Of a DNA stretch of 64,000 nt, positions 28,552-38,720 are shown in pieces. The translations under genes and the position numbers were made by a program. The notes beneath the pieces were generated by a model. That model searched no databases. It was given only the letters and a program-made list of their open reading frames with translations, and had not been told where the DNA came from. Each line of letters starts with the position of its first letter. The first letter of the stretch is position 1. Origin of the DNA: Candidatus Marinacidobacterium sp. (lineage in GTDB: Bacteria; Acidobacteriota; Vicinamibacteria; Marinacidobacterales; Marinacidobacteraceae); NCBI GenBank assembly GCA_965204755.1, contig OZ242011.1, positions 32,001 through 96,000 on the forward strand, in the 5' to 3' direction.

Positions 28552-31500
28552 GGCGCCCCGCCGTCACCGGCGCCGGGGGCCGGAGGGGCGAATTCCGCGC
28601 GCCAGACCGGGTCGTAGGACGCGTCGGGATTGCGGAAGGAACGTCCGACGACCACGGAACGGACCGGGTACTCCGGGAAGCGGACGCCGGCCGCGCAGCG
28701 CGCGCCCCGCTCCCAGGCGCGGTCGGCGAACCGGAACGACCGGTTCTCGAAACCGTGGGGCTTGCGCCGGGGCGGCAGGTCGTCCGGATCCTCGGGGAAC
28801 AGGTGCGCGATGAAGGTTCCTTCGAGGTGCTCCGGACGGCAGTCGTCCTTCACGAACAGCAGCCGCCCGCCTCCGAGATGGACATCGAATTCCGAACGCG
28901 CCAGCGGCGCTCCCGCCGCCTCGATCAGGCCGTCGAGTTCCCCGTCGTAGGCGGCGCGGTGGTAGAGGAAGACGACTTCGTTGCCCGGCGTCAGCAGCGC
29001 CGGGGAGGGATTCCCGGCCCCCTCGCCCGACCGCCCGCCGGACGGGTCGCCCAACGGGTCGGCGGGCGCGCGTCCCGGATCCCCCAGGTCCGGTCCGGCG
29101 CCCGCCGCCACCACGAACTCCGCCAGGGCGCGCCGGGCCGGGTCCGTAATCGGGATCGCTTCGCCGAGCAGGTACTCGGCGCGCGCGCCCGCCACCGTCC
29201 CGCCCCCGACCGGGAGCGGCGCGAGGAACACGGTCCGCTCCGCCCGCCCGCGCAAGACGCGGCGGATCCTCCCGAAGTCCTCCCGGAGGCGGGCGTTCGC
29301 GGTTCGGGACGCCTCCCGCGCCTCCCGGTCGGGCGCCCCCCGGTCGGACTCCCGGTCGGACACCCGGTCGGACACCCGGCCCCCGCCGGGGAAGACCGCC
29401 CAACTGCCCGCCGTGAGGATCACCGCCGCTCCCGCCGCCGCCACCGCCGGCCTCGGCCAGCGCCGGCAGAGGAGGAGCAGCCCCGAAGCGAAGCCGGCGA
29501 GCGGGACCGCCGCCGTCAGGAGCGCCGCCGCCTCCGGAGGCGCTCCGGCGCCGAACCCGAGCGCCGCGCCGAGACCGGAGAGCGCGAGCGCCAGCAGCGG
29601 AAACGACCGCGCCGCCACCCCCCCGGCGATGCCGAGGGCCGCGAGGAGGGCGCCGGCCAGGGCGGCGGCGGTCCCCGCCCCTTCGCCCGCCGAAGCGCCG
29701 CCGCCGAACGCCCCGAAGGGGAGGAAGCCCGCGCCCGCCCGGCGGAGCCCCTCCGCCGCCGCGCCCCACGGCGTTCCCGTCTCGCCGCCGCCGGGGGTCC
29801 CCGCGGCCGCGCCGACCGCGGCCGCGGCCACGGAGACCGCCAGACCGAACGCTCCGAGCGCCAGGTACGGACTGGCGATCGGACTTCCCCGAAGGGTGAC
29901 CGCCGGGAAGGGCGAAAGGAAGCGCCCGACCCCGGCGCCCCCGCCGTTCCCCAGCGCCCCCGGCGCCCCCGCCGCCCGCCGACGACGGCGCCGTTCGCCC
30001 AGGAGTCCCAGCGCCGCGAACGGCGCGAGCAGCGTCCAGGCCGGCAGGCCGAGCAGCAGGGCCAGGCCGCTCTTCGCAAGCAACTGCCGGAACTTCGCCT
30101 CGTCGAGGAACACCGTGATCCCGTGGAACAGCAGGAAAGTCCCGAAGGCCTGCGGCGCCCCCTCGACCGTCACCGTGTCCGCGCCGGCGGCCGCGCCTCC
30201 GCCGAAGGCGAGGAAGACCGCGCCGAGCGCGATCCAGCGGCCCGCGCCGCGATGCCGAGGCAACGAAAGCGCGAGGATTCGGACGAGGGACAGGTAGGCG
30301 AGGAGCGCCGCGGCGCACAGGAGCGCCAGCATGGAGGCGCGCGCCGCCGTGACCCCGGCCCCGGGGTCGTCGCCGAAGTGGCGGAGGCCGGCGGCGAGGA
30401 GGGAATCGAAGGCGAAGGAGCCGCCGGGGACGCCCTCGTAGGTCAACCGCCCCTCGGCGTCCGCCGCCGGCCGGTGGCCGCGGAAGAGTCCGAGGCCGGG
30501 AGGGGGGCCGTGGGTGTCCGACCGGAGGGAGACCGGGGAGTCGTCCGACGATCGGCCGACGGCGCGGGCGAGGGTCTTCGCGCTCCCCCCGTCGTTCGCC
30601 AGCGGCCGATCGAACCTCCCCTCCGCGGCGAAGACCGCGAAGAGGGCCGCGAAACCGAGGAGGAGCGCCAGGAGCGGCGCCGCCGCCGCCCTCCGGACGC
30701 GCGCCCGCCGCTCCAGCCACCGCCATCCGGCGCCGAGGCGGAGGCGGACGCCGAGATCCCCGAGCAGCCGCCGCGTGAGGTCGAAGAGGACCGCGAGCAG
30801 CACGGCCGCCGCCCAGCCGAGCGGCGCCTCCCACCAGTGGAACGAAGAGTTGGCGTACGCCGTGAGGGAGGCCGCCCCGACGGCCACCGGGACATACCAG
30901 AGCCTCGGACGGTAGAAGGCGAGCACGATCGAGAGGACATCCGCCGGGAAGAAGAACCGGTCGAGCATCTTCGGCAGGAAGAAGGGGGTGAGCAGCGCCG
31001 ATAGAAGCGCCAGGAACACCACCCTCTCCCGGGTCATTTCGAAGCGGCGGCTCTCCAGCAGGCGGCGGACGCCGTGGACGAGCGCCAGGGTGAGCAGGAC
31101 GCCGGCCGGCCACCAGCGGTAGTGGTCGTTCGAGATCCACTGGTAGAGGTTCGGGGCCTTGCTGGTGAGTTCCGAGTAGGTGCCGGCCTGGCGGACGAAG
31201 ACCGAGAGGAGGGCGGCCGGCGACCCGCCGGCGGCCCACGCCGGAACCAGCGCCGCCAGGAGGACGGCGGGAACCGGCCAGAAGGAGCGGGCGCCGACGG
31301 CCTTCTTCGCCCGGAGCCAGTAGAAGAGGGGCGCGAGGAACACCGCCTGCGCCTTGAACGCGAACGCCAGCCCGAACGCCGCGGCCGCCCGCGCCGGCCG
31401 ACCGCGCAGCAGCCCGAGGAGGCACGCCAGCAGGAACGCCGTGTAGAGCGCGTCCACCTGGCTCCACCGGGCGCTGTTGAGCACCACCGTGGGGGCGAGC

Positions 31501-31958
31501 GCCACCGCGCCGGCGGCCAGGAGGGGCAGCGTCCGGGCGCCCGGATACCGGAGCCGGACGCACCGGTAGGAGAACAGCGCCAGCAGGAAGTCGCCGAGGA
31601 ACGAGATCCCCTTCGCCGCGAACAGCGCCGGCGCGGACGGGAAGAAGTACGCCGCCGCGGTGAGCAGGTACAGGTAGGGAGGGTTGTAGAACGCGAAGTC
31701 GTACTGCCAGGAGCGGAAGTACCCGTTGGCGGCGATGAAGTCGTACCAGACGCTGTAGGCGTGGGTGAAGTCGTTGGATTCGTGGGGCAGGAACGGATAG
31801 CGGACCGCCAGCGCGGCGACGACCAGCGCGGCGGCGAGACCGATCTCCCGGTGTCTCCAGGGGGCCCTTCCCGCCCCCCGGCCTGCCGGCGGCGGGCGGT
31901 CGGGAGTCGGCGGGCGCCCGCCGGGCCCCCCGGAAGGTTCGAGGGCGGCCGCGCTCAT
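28548..31958 (-). CDS. Large two-module membrane protein: mannosyltransferase-like GT-C + second TM module + FFLH-type domain
   Basis: SNDF..YS.WY..I, YNPPYLY, W.Q.D..YT.F, KAQA.FL.P, APNLY and FFLPKM.DR.FF. C-terminal FIAHLFP..GFENRSF..CAA..FPEYP. The ATG at 31958 is coupled to the upstream stop. Confidence 0.8.
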   Translation of the reverse strand: MSAAALEPSGGPGGRPPTPDRPPPAGRGAGRAPWRHREIGLAAALVVAALAVRYPFLPHESNDFTHAYSVWYDFIAANGYFRSWQYDFAFYNPPYLYLLTAAAYFFPSAPALFAAKGISFLGDFLLALFSYRCVRLRYPGARTLPLLAAGAVALAPTVVLNSARWSQVDALYTAFLLACLLGLLRGRPARAAAAFGLAFAFKAQAVFLAPLFYWLRAKKAVGARSFWPVPAVLLAALVPAWAAGGSPAALLSVFVRQAGTYSELTSKAPNLYQWISNDHYRWWPAGVLLTLALVHGVRRLLESRRFEMTRERVVFLALLSALLTPFFLPKMLDRFFFPADVLSIVLAFYRPRLWYVPVAVGAASLTAYANSSFHWWEAPLGWAAAVLLAVLFDLTRRLLGDLGVRLRLGAGWRWLERRARVRRAAAAPLLALLLGFAALFAVFAAEGRFDRPLANDGGSAKTLARAVGRSSDDSPVSLRSDTHGPPPGLGLFRGHRPAADAEGRLTYEGVPGGSFAFDSLLAAGLRHFGDDPGAGVTAARASMLALLCAAALLAYLSLVRILALSLPRHRGAGRWIALGAVFLAFGGGAAAGADTVTVEGAPQAFGTFLLFHGITVFLDEAKFRQLLAKSGLALLLGLPAWTLLAPFAALGLLGERRRRRRAAGAPGALGNGGGAGVGRFLSPFPAVTLRGSPIASPYLALGAFGLAVSVAAAAVGAAAGTPGGGETGTPWGAAAEGLRRAGAGFLPFGAFGGGASAGEGAGTAAALAGALLAALGIAGGVAARSFPLLALALSGLGAALGFGAGAPPEAAALLTAAVPLAGFASGLLLLCRRWPRPAVAAAGAAVILTAGSWAVFPGGGRVSDRVSDRESDRGAPDREAREASRTANARLREDFGRIRRVLRGRAERTVFLAPLPVGGGTVAGARAEYLLGEAIPITDPARRALAEFVVAAGAGPDLGDPGRAPADPLGDPSGGRSGEGAGNPSPALLTPGNEVVFLYHRAAYDGELDGLIEAAGAPLARSEFDVHLGGGRLLFVKDDCRPEHLEGTFIAHLFPEDPDDLPPRRKPHGFENRSFRFADRAWERGARCAAGVRFPEYPVRSVVVGRSFRNPDASYDPVWRAEFAPPAPGAGDGGAP

Positions 31959-34498
31959 GGCTCCCGGAGGGCCTCGGCGCCCCGGCTCGCCGACCCTGCC
32001 GGGCCGTCGGCCTCCGGTTCGACCGGGAGGACCTCCGCGCTCCACGCCTCCCCCGGCCCGCCGGGGATCAACTGGCCGGTGCGGATGCGGGCGATCCGGT
32101 ACTCCGGGAGCGGCGCGAGGGCGAAGCAGCCGCCCGGGAACCGCGCCCCGCGCTCCGGGAACACGAAGTCGCGGTTCTCGAACCCGTGCCGCCGCCGGTC
32201 ACCGGGAAGGGACTCGCGCGCCTCCGGGTAGATGTGCAGGAAGACCCTCGCGGCGGCGTCCTCCTCCGCGCAAGGTCGCTTCAGGTAGGCGAGCGCGCCC
32301 CCGTCGAAGTAAGGGTCGAGGTAGAGATCGAACTCGGCCCGGACGGCCGGCTCGCCGCGGCTTCCGGAAGCGAAGGACTCGTAAGCGGAGGCGAGGCGCC
32401 GGGAGGAAGGCCGCAACTCCGCGGACCAGATCTCCCCGCGGGCCTCCCCGCCCGCCGCGCCCCGTTGCCCGGTGCGGAGCCGGGCGATCTCGTACGGCGG
32501 GAGCGGCGCCGGGGCGACGCAGCGCCCGGCGAGCAGGACGCCGTACCGCGTGAACGGGAAGTGGAGGTTGGCGAAGCCGTGCTCCCGGCGCGCGGCCGGG
32601 AGCGCGCCGCGGTCGGCGGGATAGAGGTGGAGGAAGAACTCGTCCAGGAGGTCCTCTTCCGAGCAGGGCGACCGGTGGTAGGTGAGCGTGTCCCCGTCGA
32701 GATAGAGATCGAACTCCCCGGCCGCCGCCGGTTCTCCCGCCGCGCCGGAGGCGATGGCGTCGAGCGCGGCCCGGAACCGGTCGGGCGGGTCGCGGTCGGG
32801 CGGGTCGGCGGGCGCCCCGGTCGAGGGGTCGCCGGCGCGGCCCACCCGGAGCGCGATCCCGTCCGGGTACTCGGCCACCGGCGCGAGTCCGGGCGTCGCG
32901 ACCAGCGCCGGAGGCGGCGTGAACCGGTAGGGCGGCTTCCGGCCGTCCCAGAACCACAGCACCGAAGCCCCCTCCTCCGCTTCCGGCAGCCACCTCTCCA
33001 GGCGCTCCTGCGGCGAGACGATCTCGCCGCTCCCGCCCCTCCGGGAGAGGTCGTAGAGCCCGGAGGGAAGCGGCCGGTACTTCCCGCTCCCGTCGGTGTG
33101 GAAGGCCGCCAGCGCCGGCAGGTTCGAATACACGGCGTCGCCGGGGGCGAAGTGTTCCCGGAGGTGGCGGAGCGTCTCGGAGCGCCGCCACCACGCGCCG
33201 CCGTAGCCGTTTTCGGGAATCGTCTCCGCGGAGTTCGCCCGGGCGACCGCCCGCGCCGTCGGCGCGACCTGTCCGAGCGCCCAGAACGCGGCGGCGGCGA
33301 AGGCGCCTCCGCGAAGGACCCGGAGGCCCCGGGAAGCCGGCGCCCGGTCGAGGAGGACGGCGACCGCGGCGAGCAGCGGCAGGTACGCCGGCGTCAGGTA
33401 CCGCCACTCCACGCCGTTCCAGGAGTTCCCGAGCAGGAGCGCCGCGACGAGCAGCGCGAGGTAGGCGAACGCGTACCCGCCGAAGACCGCCGCGGGGAGG
33501 AGGTCGCGCGCCCGCCCGGCCCCGCCCCCCTCGCCGCGCGCCGGCCGCCGCGCGCCCCAAGCCACCCCCCAAGTCCCGAGGACGACCGCGGAGGCCGCGC
33601 CGAGGAGGAGCAGGGGCCAAGTCCCGAAAACCGCGGTCCCGAAAACCGCCGTCCCGAAGTCCGCCGTCCCCCAACCCGCGACGCCTTCCGCGATGTCGCG
33701 GAGGAGCCCGAGCGGCGAGTAGTCCACCGGGCGCCGGTGCCCGGTCAGCGTCCCGACGAGCAGGAAGTTGCGCGCCAGCCAGAGGCCCATCGGCAGGCCC
33801 GCGATCCCGCAGAACACCAGGGCCCGTCTCAGCCGTTCGCCGAAGGCCGCGCCGGCGCCCGCGAAGAGCAGCAACCCTCCCCCCGCGGCGACCGCCGCCA
33901 CTCCCATGTACCGCGCCAGCAGGGCCAACGCGGCGAACGCTCCCGCGGCGAGCAGGTCCCTTCGGCGTCCGGCGCGCAGGACCGCTTCGATGCGGATCAG
34001 CGCCAGGGTGGTGAACAGCAGGAAGGGGGACTCGGAACGCGCGAACCAGGAGACCTCCGCCAGCGGCAGCGAGAGCGCCGCCGCCAGGGGCGCCCAAACC
34101 CGGAGGAACGGCGATCCCAGCCGGTCGCCGAGGAACCGGGCGGTGAAGAAGACGGCCAGTCCGAACGAGAGCGCCCCCAGCGGGCCGGCGACCGCGTAGG
34201 GGTCGAACCGTCCGAAGCCGAACGCGGCGAGGAACAGGGGGTAGAGCGGCGTCCACAGCGTGAACGGCCCGCCGTCGTGGTCCAGGAACCCCGCGCCGCC
34301 GAGCAGGTGGCGGGCGACGACGATGTAGTTCAGCCCGTCCCAGTCGAGCCCGACGCCGTAAGTCGCCTGCCGGGCCAGCACCAGGCCCGTTGCGAGCGCG
34401 CCGGCGAGCGCCGCGACCGCGACGGCGCCCCGTCCGGAACCCGGCCGCCGCGCCCGGGCCCCGGGCCCCGGCCCTATCCCCCTCGGCCGCCGACCCAC
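31955..34498 (-). CDS. GT-C-like membrane glycosyltransferase with two FFLH domains (start uncertain)
   Basis: WDGLNYIVVARHLLGGAG, WTPLYP, RSESPF, RYMG and WRYLTPAY, then two domain copies. Confidence 0.8.
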   Translation of the reverse strand: MGRRPRGIGPGPGARARRPGSGRGAVAVAALAGALATGLVLARQATYGVGLDWDGLNYIVVARHLLGGAGFLDHDGGPFTLWTPLYPLFLAAFGFGRFDPYAVAGPLGALSFGLAVFFTARFLGDRLGSPFLRVWAPLAAALSLPLAEVSWFARSESPFLLFTTLALIRIEAVLRAGRRRDLLAAGAFAALALLARYMGVAAVAAGGGLLLFAGAGAAFGERLRRALVFCGIAGLPMGLWLARNFLLVGTLTGHRRPVDYSPLGLLRDIAEGVAGWGTADFGTAVFGTAVFGTWPLLLLGAASAVVLGTWGVAWGARRPARGEGGGAGRARDLLPAAVFGGYAFAYLALLVAALLLGNSWNGVEWRYLTPAYLPLLAAVAVLLDRAPASRGLRVLRGGAFAAAAFWALGQVAPTARAVARANSAETIPENGYGGAWWRRSETLRHLREHFAPGDAVYSNLPALAAFHTDGSGKYRPLPSGLYDLSRRGGSGEIVSPQERLERWLPEAEEGASVLWFWDGRKPPYRFTPPPALVATPGLAPVAEYPDGIALRVGRAGDPSTGAPADPPDRDPPDRFRAALDAIASGAAGEPAAAGEFDLYLDGDTLTYHRSPCSEEDLLDEFFLHLYPADRGALPAARREHGFANLHFPFTRYGVLLAGRCVAPAPLPPYEIARLRTGQRGAAGGEARGEIWSAELRPSSRRLASAYESFASGSRGEPAVRAEFDLYLDPYFDGGALAYLKRPCAEEDAAARVFLHIYPEARESLPGDRRRHGFENRDFVFPERGARFPGGCFALAPLPEYRIARIRTGQLIPGGPGEAWSAEVLPVEPEADGPAGSASRGAEALREP

Positions 34499-34600
34499 TG
34501 CCCGGCGCCGATCTTCAGGATCCGATCCGCCCCGCGCTGCGGGGAGTCGAAGTCCCGGTACGCGAAGTCCCGGTACGCGAAGTCCCGGTACGCGAAGTCC
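34474..34600 (-). pseudogene. Decayed remnant of an FFLH-domain C-terminus containing a 15-bp x3.5 tandem repeat
   Basis: Minus translation DFAYRDFAYRDFAYRDFDSPQRGADRILKIGAGQWVGGRGG* resembles the end of gene 41981..44584 (ENRDFDFPQRG...RIRTGQWVSGRGE). The repeat cgaagtcccggtacg spans 34548-34600. Confidence 0.6.
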
Positions 34601-35208
34601 GAACAGGGAGATCGCGGCGCCGAAGATCCCGAACAGGCCCGACCGGACGCAGGAAGAACCGCCCGCTCACCGCGTCGGGAGCGCCCGGCTCCCGAAGGCC
34701 GGCCGAGGGCCGGCCCCCCGGAAGCCCGCGCTCCACCCGACCCGGGCGCCTCGCGCGCCCGTTCCGCGAAGGCGGCGGCCCCTTCCGGCGGGAGACCGTC
34801 TCCCGGGGGGACTTCCGCGCCGCCGACGCCGGTGGACGCCGCGCCTCCCGCGCGGCCCGGCGCTCGACTGCACCCTCGACCGGGCGCTCGACCGGGCGCT
34901 CGACCGGGCGATCCCGCCGTCGGGAAGCAGAACCATCGCGACCGGGATCGTACCGCCCCCTCCCGCCCGCCGGGGACGCCGCCCGTTCGGTCTCCGCGCG
35001 ACAGCGGCGGCCACGCGAGCCGGGATGCGATGCGACGGCGAAGAGAGCGGTCGGGGGCCGCGAGGAACCGACCGGCCGCATCGCCGGCGCAGGACACCCG
35101 ATCCGCGCGGGGCGGTGCGAAGATTCCCGGCGGCCGGCGCCGCGACGCCCCTCCGGGTCCCCGGGTCGGCCCGCCGCGGCCGAAAACAGCGCCGGACGCA
35201 TCCCCCGC

Positions 35209-36747
35209 ATGATCCACCCCGCGTCCCTGATCCTCGGGCTGACCGCGACCGCTGCCCTCTCCGCCCCCCTTCCCCGCCTCGAGTCGCTCACGGTCTCCGT
35301 CGCCGGCGGGGAGGAGGGGGCAGCCCGGCGGGCGTGGGGCGCCGCGGAACCGCCGAAGGGCCTGCGACCGGACTTCGACCCGGAGACCTTCCACTACGCC
35401 GTTCGCTGCAGTGACCCGGAAACACTCTCGGTTTCCGGCGCGGCAGCCGGCGATACCGCGACGGTAACCCTGAACGGGGCGCCGGTTCCCCGGAGGTTCG
35501 GGGAGCGGGAAGTCGTCCTCCGGCACGACCAGGACCTGGCGATCGTGGTCTCGGACGGCGGGGACTCCGCCACCTACGCGGTCCACTGCGTGGGCCTCGA
35601 CTTCCCGCGGGTCTGGACGGTGGGCCGGGCGCCGGGGCGCCGGGACGGCCTGCTGCTCGTGGATCCGACCTACATGGGGGAGGACGGAGTGGAAGTGAGC
35701 CACATCGCCATCCTCGACGACAACGGCGTCCCCCGGTTCCACCGGCGGATTCCCGGATGGGTCTTCAACTTCCGCTGGCACGCCGCGCACCGGATGTACT
35801 CGTACAACCGCACGGTGTGGCGCGATACGGAATTCGGCGAGGCCGTGCTGCTCGACGAGCGCCTGCGCCCGGTCGCGCGGCCCGAACCGGTGGGACTCCG
35901 TTGGGCGGACCATCACGACTTCCTGCTCACCGACGAGGGGAACTACCTGTTCGTGGTGCAGGAGCCGACCGAGCGGGATATGAGCCCCTACCCCGACCCG
36001 GACGGGGAGTTCCCCTACTCGACGGCCGAGCCCACCGTGGATTCGGTCATCCAGGAAGTCTCCCCGGAGGGAGAGGTCCTGTTCCAGTGGAACTCGTGGG
36101 GGAAGGACGACGGAAACGGCCGCCCCATCCGGATCGCCGACTGCTGGGGGGCGCCGTGGCTCCCCGCGGGGTACGCGCACCTGAACTCCCTGTTCCTGGT
36201 GGACGGCGACATCGTGGCCTCGTTCCGGGCGTGCGCCCTGGCGCTGAAGATCGAGCGCCCTTCCGGCCGCGTCCTCTGGCAACTCGGAGGCTCGCCGCCG
36301 GCGGTCCCCGACGGGCGGATCCACTACCCCATCGTCGGCGACCCCGAACCGACGGGCTTTTGCGGCCAGCACACCGCCATCGAGAGTCCTCCCGGCGTGG
36401 TAACGCTGTTCGACAACCGTTTCCGCTGCCCGGGGGACGACGACGGGCCGGCGCCCGAGCGGGGCGCGCGCGTCGTCCAGTACCGCCTGGACGGGGACGA
36501 GGCCGTCTTCCTCCGCGAGTACCGCGGTCTCCACGGGAGCCCCGTCGCCGGCGCGGTCCAACTTCTCGAACGGGAGACCTGGCTGATCACTTGGGGACAT
36601 GGCGGCGACCGACCCGATACCGGAGCGATCGAAGTGGACAACGCCGGGCGAGTGGTGTTCGCCGTCGCCCTCCGCGGGAGATACCGCGCGCACCTCTACC
36701 GGGCCTACCGGGAGTACGGGCTGCGCGTGCCGCTGAACCTCCCGTAA
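35209..36747 (+). CDS. Secreted arylsulfotransferase (ASST-like) with an N-terminal cadherin-like beta-sandwich, copy 1
   Basis: Signal-like N-terminus, then LTVS..L.PDFDPETFHYAV..TVTLNG. ASST motifs DHHDF, IQEV..GEVLFQWNS, AHLNSL, SFR, WQLGG, GQHTA and LFDN. Confidence 0.85.
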   Translation: MIHPASLILGLTATAALSAPLPRLESLTVSVAGGEEGAARRAWGAAEPPKGLRPDFDPETFHYAVRCSDPETLSVSGAAAGDTATVTLNGAPVPRRFGEREVVLRHDQDLAIVVSDGGDSATYAVHCVGLDFPRVWTVGRAPGRRDGLLLVDPTYMGEDGVEVSHIAILDDNGVPRFHRRIPGWVFNFRWHAAHRMYSYNRTVWRDTEFGEAVLLDERLRPVARPEPVGLRWADHHDFLLTDEGNYLFVVQEPTERDMSPYPDPDGEFPYSTAEPTVDSVIQEVSPEGEVLFQWNSWGKDDGNGRPIRIADCWGAPWLPAGYAHLNSLFLVDGDIVASFRACALALKIERPSGRVLWQLGGSPPAVPDGRIHYPIVGDPEPTGFCGQHTAIESPPGVVTLFDNRFRCPGDDDGPAPERGARVVQYRLDGDEAVFLREYRGLHGSPVAGAVQLLERETWLITWGHGGDRPDTGAIEVDNAGRVVFAVALRGRYRAHLYRAYREYGLRVPLNLP

Positions 36748-37044
36748 ACGCCCGCGGAACGCTCCGGGGCGTCGCCGGGACGCGAAGAGCGGACACCCTT
36801 CGCTTCCAAGTTCCCGGATGGCGGGAAGGGCCGCGACCGCGACTACGACCACGACCGCCGCGGCGCCTCGGCCGGCGCCCTGGCCGGCGCCGGTCCGCGT
36901 GAAACCGGTCGTGCGAAAATTCTCGTTGGCCGGGGCAGCGACGCCCCCCTCCCCCTCCCTTGTCCCCGGGTCGGACGACCGCGACCGGGAGCGGCGCCGT
37001 CCGCCGCCGGGCCTCGATCCGCGCGCCCCGGAACCATCCCCCGC

Positions 37045-38592
37045 ATGTTCCACCCCGCGTCCCCGATCCTCGCGCTGACCGCGGCCGCTGCCCTCTCCGC
37101 CCCCCTTCCCCGCCTCGAGTCGCTCACGGTCTCCGTCGCCGAGGGGGGGGAGGAGGGGGCAGCCCGGCGGGCCTGGGGCGCCGCGGAACCGCCGAGGCGC
37201 CTGCAACCGGACTTCGACCCGGAGACCTTCCACTACGCCGTTCGCTGCAGTGACCCGGAAACGCTCTCGGTTTCGGGCGCGGCAGCCGGCGATACCGCGT
37301 CGGTAACCCTGAACGGGGCGCCGGTCCCCCGGAGGTTCGGGGAGCGGGAAGTCGTCCTCCGGCACGACCAGGACCTGGCGATCGTGGTCTCGGACGGCGG
37401 GGACTCCGCCACCTACGCGGTCCACTGCGTGGGCCTCGACTTCCCCCGGGTCTGGACGGTGGGCCGGGCGCCGGGGCGCCGGGACGGCCTGCTGCTGGTG
37501 GATCCGACCTATATGGGGGAGGACGGAGAGGAGGTGAGCCACATCGCCATCCTCGACGACAACGGCGTCCCCCGGTTCCACCGGCGGGTTCCCGGCGAGG
37601 TCTTCAACTTTCGCCGGCACGCCGCGCACCGGATGTATTCCTACAGCAGCGAACGGCTCGACCCGCCGTTCGACGAAGTGGTGCTGCTCGACGAGCGCCT
37701 CGACCCGGTGGCGCGGCCGGCGCCCGTCGGGCTCCACTCCGCCGACACCCACGACTTCCTGCTCACCGACGAGGGGAACTACCTGTTCATCGCGTACGAG
37801 CCGGCCGAGCGGGACCTGAGCCCCTACCCCGACCCGGACGGGGAGTTCCCCTACTCGACCGCCGAGCCGACCCGGGACTCCGTGATCCAGGAAGTCTCCC
37901 CGGAGGGGGAGGTCCTGTTCCAGTGGAACTCGTGGGGGAAGGACGACGGAAACGGCCGCCCGATCCGGATCGCCGACTGCCGGTGGGGGGACAACTGGCC
38001 CCGGGAGTGGGCGCACCTGAACTCCCTCTTCCTGGTGGACGGCGACATCGTGGCCTCGTTCCGGGGGTGTTCCCAGGTGCTCAAGATCGAGCGCCCTTCC
38101 GGCCGGGTCCTCTGGCAACTCGGAGGGTCGCCGCCGGCGGTCCCCGACGGGCGGATCCACTACACGATCGTCGGCGACCCCGAACCGGAGGGCTTCTGCG
38201 GCCAGCACACGGCGATCGAGAGTCCTCCGGGCGTGGTGACGCTGTTCGACAACCGGGCCGCCTGCCCGGGAACGACCCCGCGCGGCGGAGCGGGCCCCGG
38301 CCGAGGCGGGGCGCGCGTCGTCGAGTACCGGCTGGACGGGGACGAGGCCGTCTTCTCCCGGGAGTACCGGGGTCTCCACGGGAGTTACGCCCGCGGCGCG
38401 GTCCAACTCCTCGAACGCGGAGGATGGCTGATCACCTGGGGAGTCGGCCGCGAGGGGCCGGATACCGGCGCGATCGAAGTGGACCGCGCCGGACGGGTGG
38501 TGTTCGCCGTCGCCCTCCGCGGGAGATACCGCGCCCACCTCTACCGGGCCTACCGGGAATACGGGCTGCGCGCGCCGCTGAATCTCCCGTAA
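37045..38592 (+). CDS. Secreted arylsulfotransferase (ASST-like), copy 2
   Basis: Intact 515-aa paralog with the same motifs. Confidence 0.85.
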   Translation: MFHPASPILALTAAAALSAPLPRLESLTVSVAEGGEEGAARRAWGAAEPPRRLQPDFDPETFHYAVRCSDPETLSVSGAAAGDTASVTLNGAPVPRRFGEREVVLRHDQDLAIVVSDGGDSATYAVHCVGLDFPRVWTVGRAPGRRDGLLLVDPTYMGEDGEEVSHIAILDDNGVPRFHRRVPGEVFNFRRHAAHRMYSYSSERLDPPFDEVVLLDERLDPVARPAPVGLHSADTHDFLLTDEGNYLFIAYEPAERDLSPYPDPDGEFPYSTAEPTRDSVIQEVSPEGEVLFQWNSWGKDDGNGRPIRIADCRWGDNWPREWAHLNSLFLVDGDIVASFRGCSQVLKIERPSGRVLWQLGGSPPAVPDGRIHYTIVGDPEPEGFCGQHTAIESPPGVVTLFDNRAACPGTTPRGGAGPGRGGARVVEYRLDGDEAVFSREYRGLHGSYARGAVQLLERGGWLITWGVGREGPDTGAIEVDRAGRVVFAVALRGRYRAHLYRAYREYGLRAPLNLP

Positions 38593-38720
38593 CGGCCCGC
38601 GACCCGCTCCGCCGGCGAACGGGGCGGAGGTATCGCGAAGACGAACGGCGCCGGGCCGCGCGCGGCGGTGCGAGAATTCTCGTCGGCCGGCGCCGCGCGC
38701 GCCCCGGAAGCATCCCCCGC

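Noticed and set aside
34601-35040. Possible gene or ncRNA upstream of the ASST array
   Set aside because: Only low-complexity GC-rich sequence and 12-bp repeats; nothing supportable.
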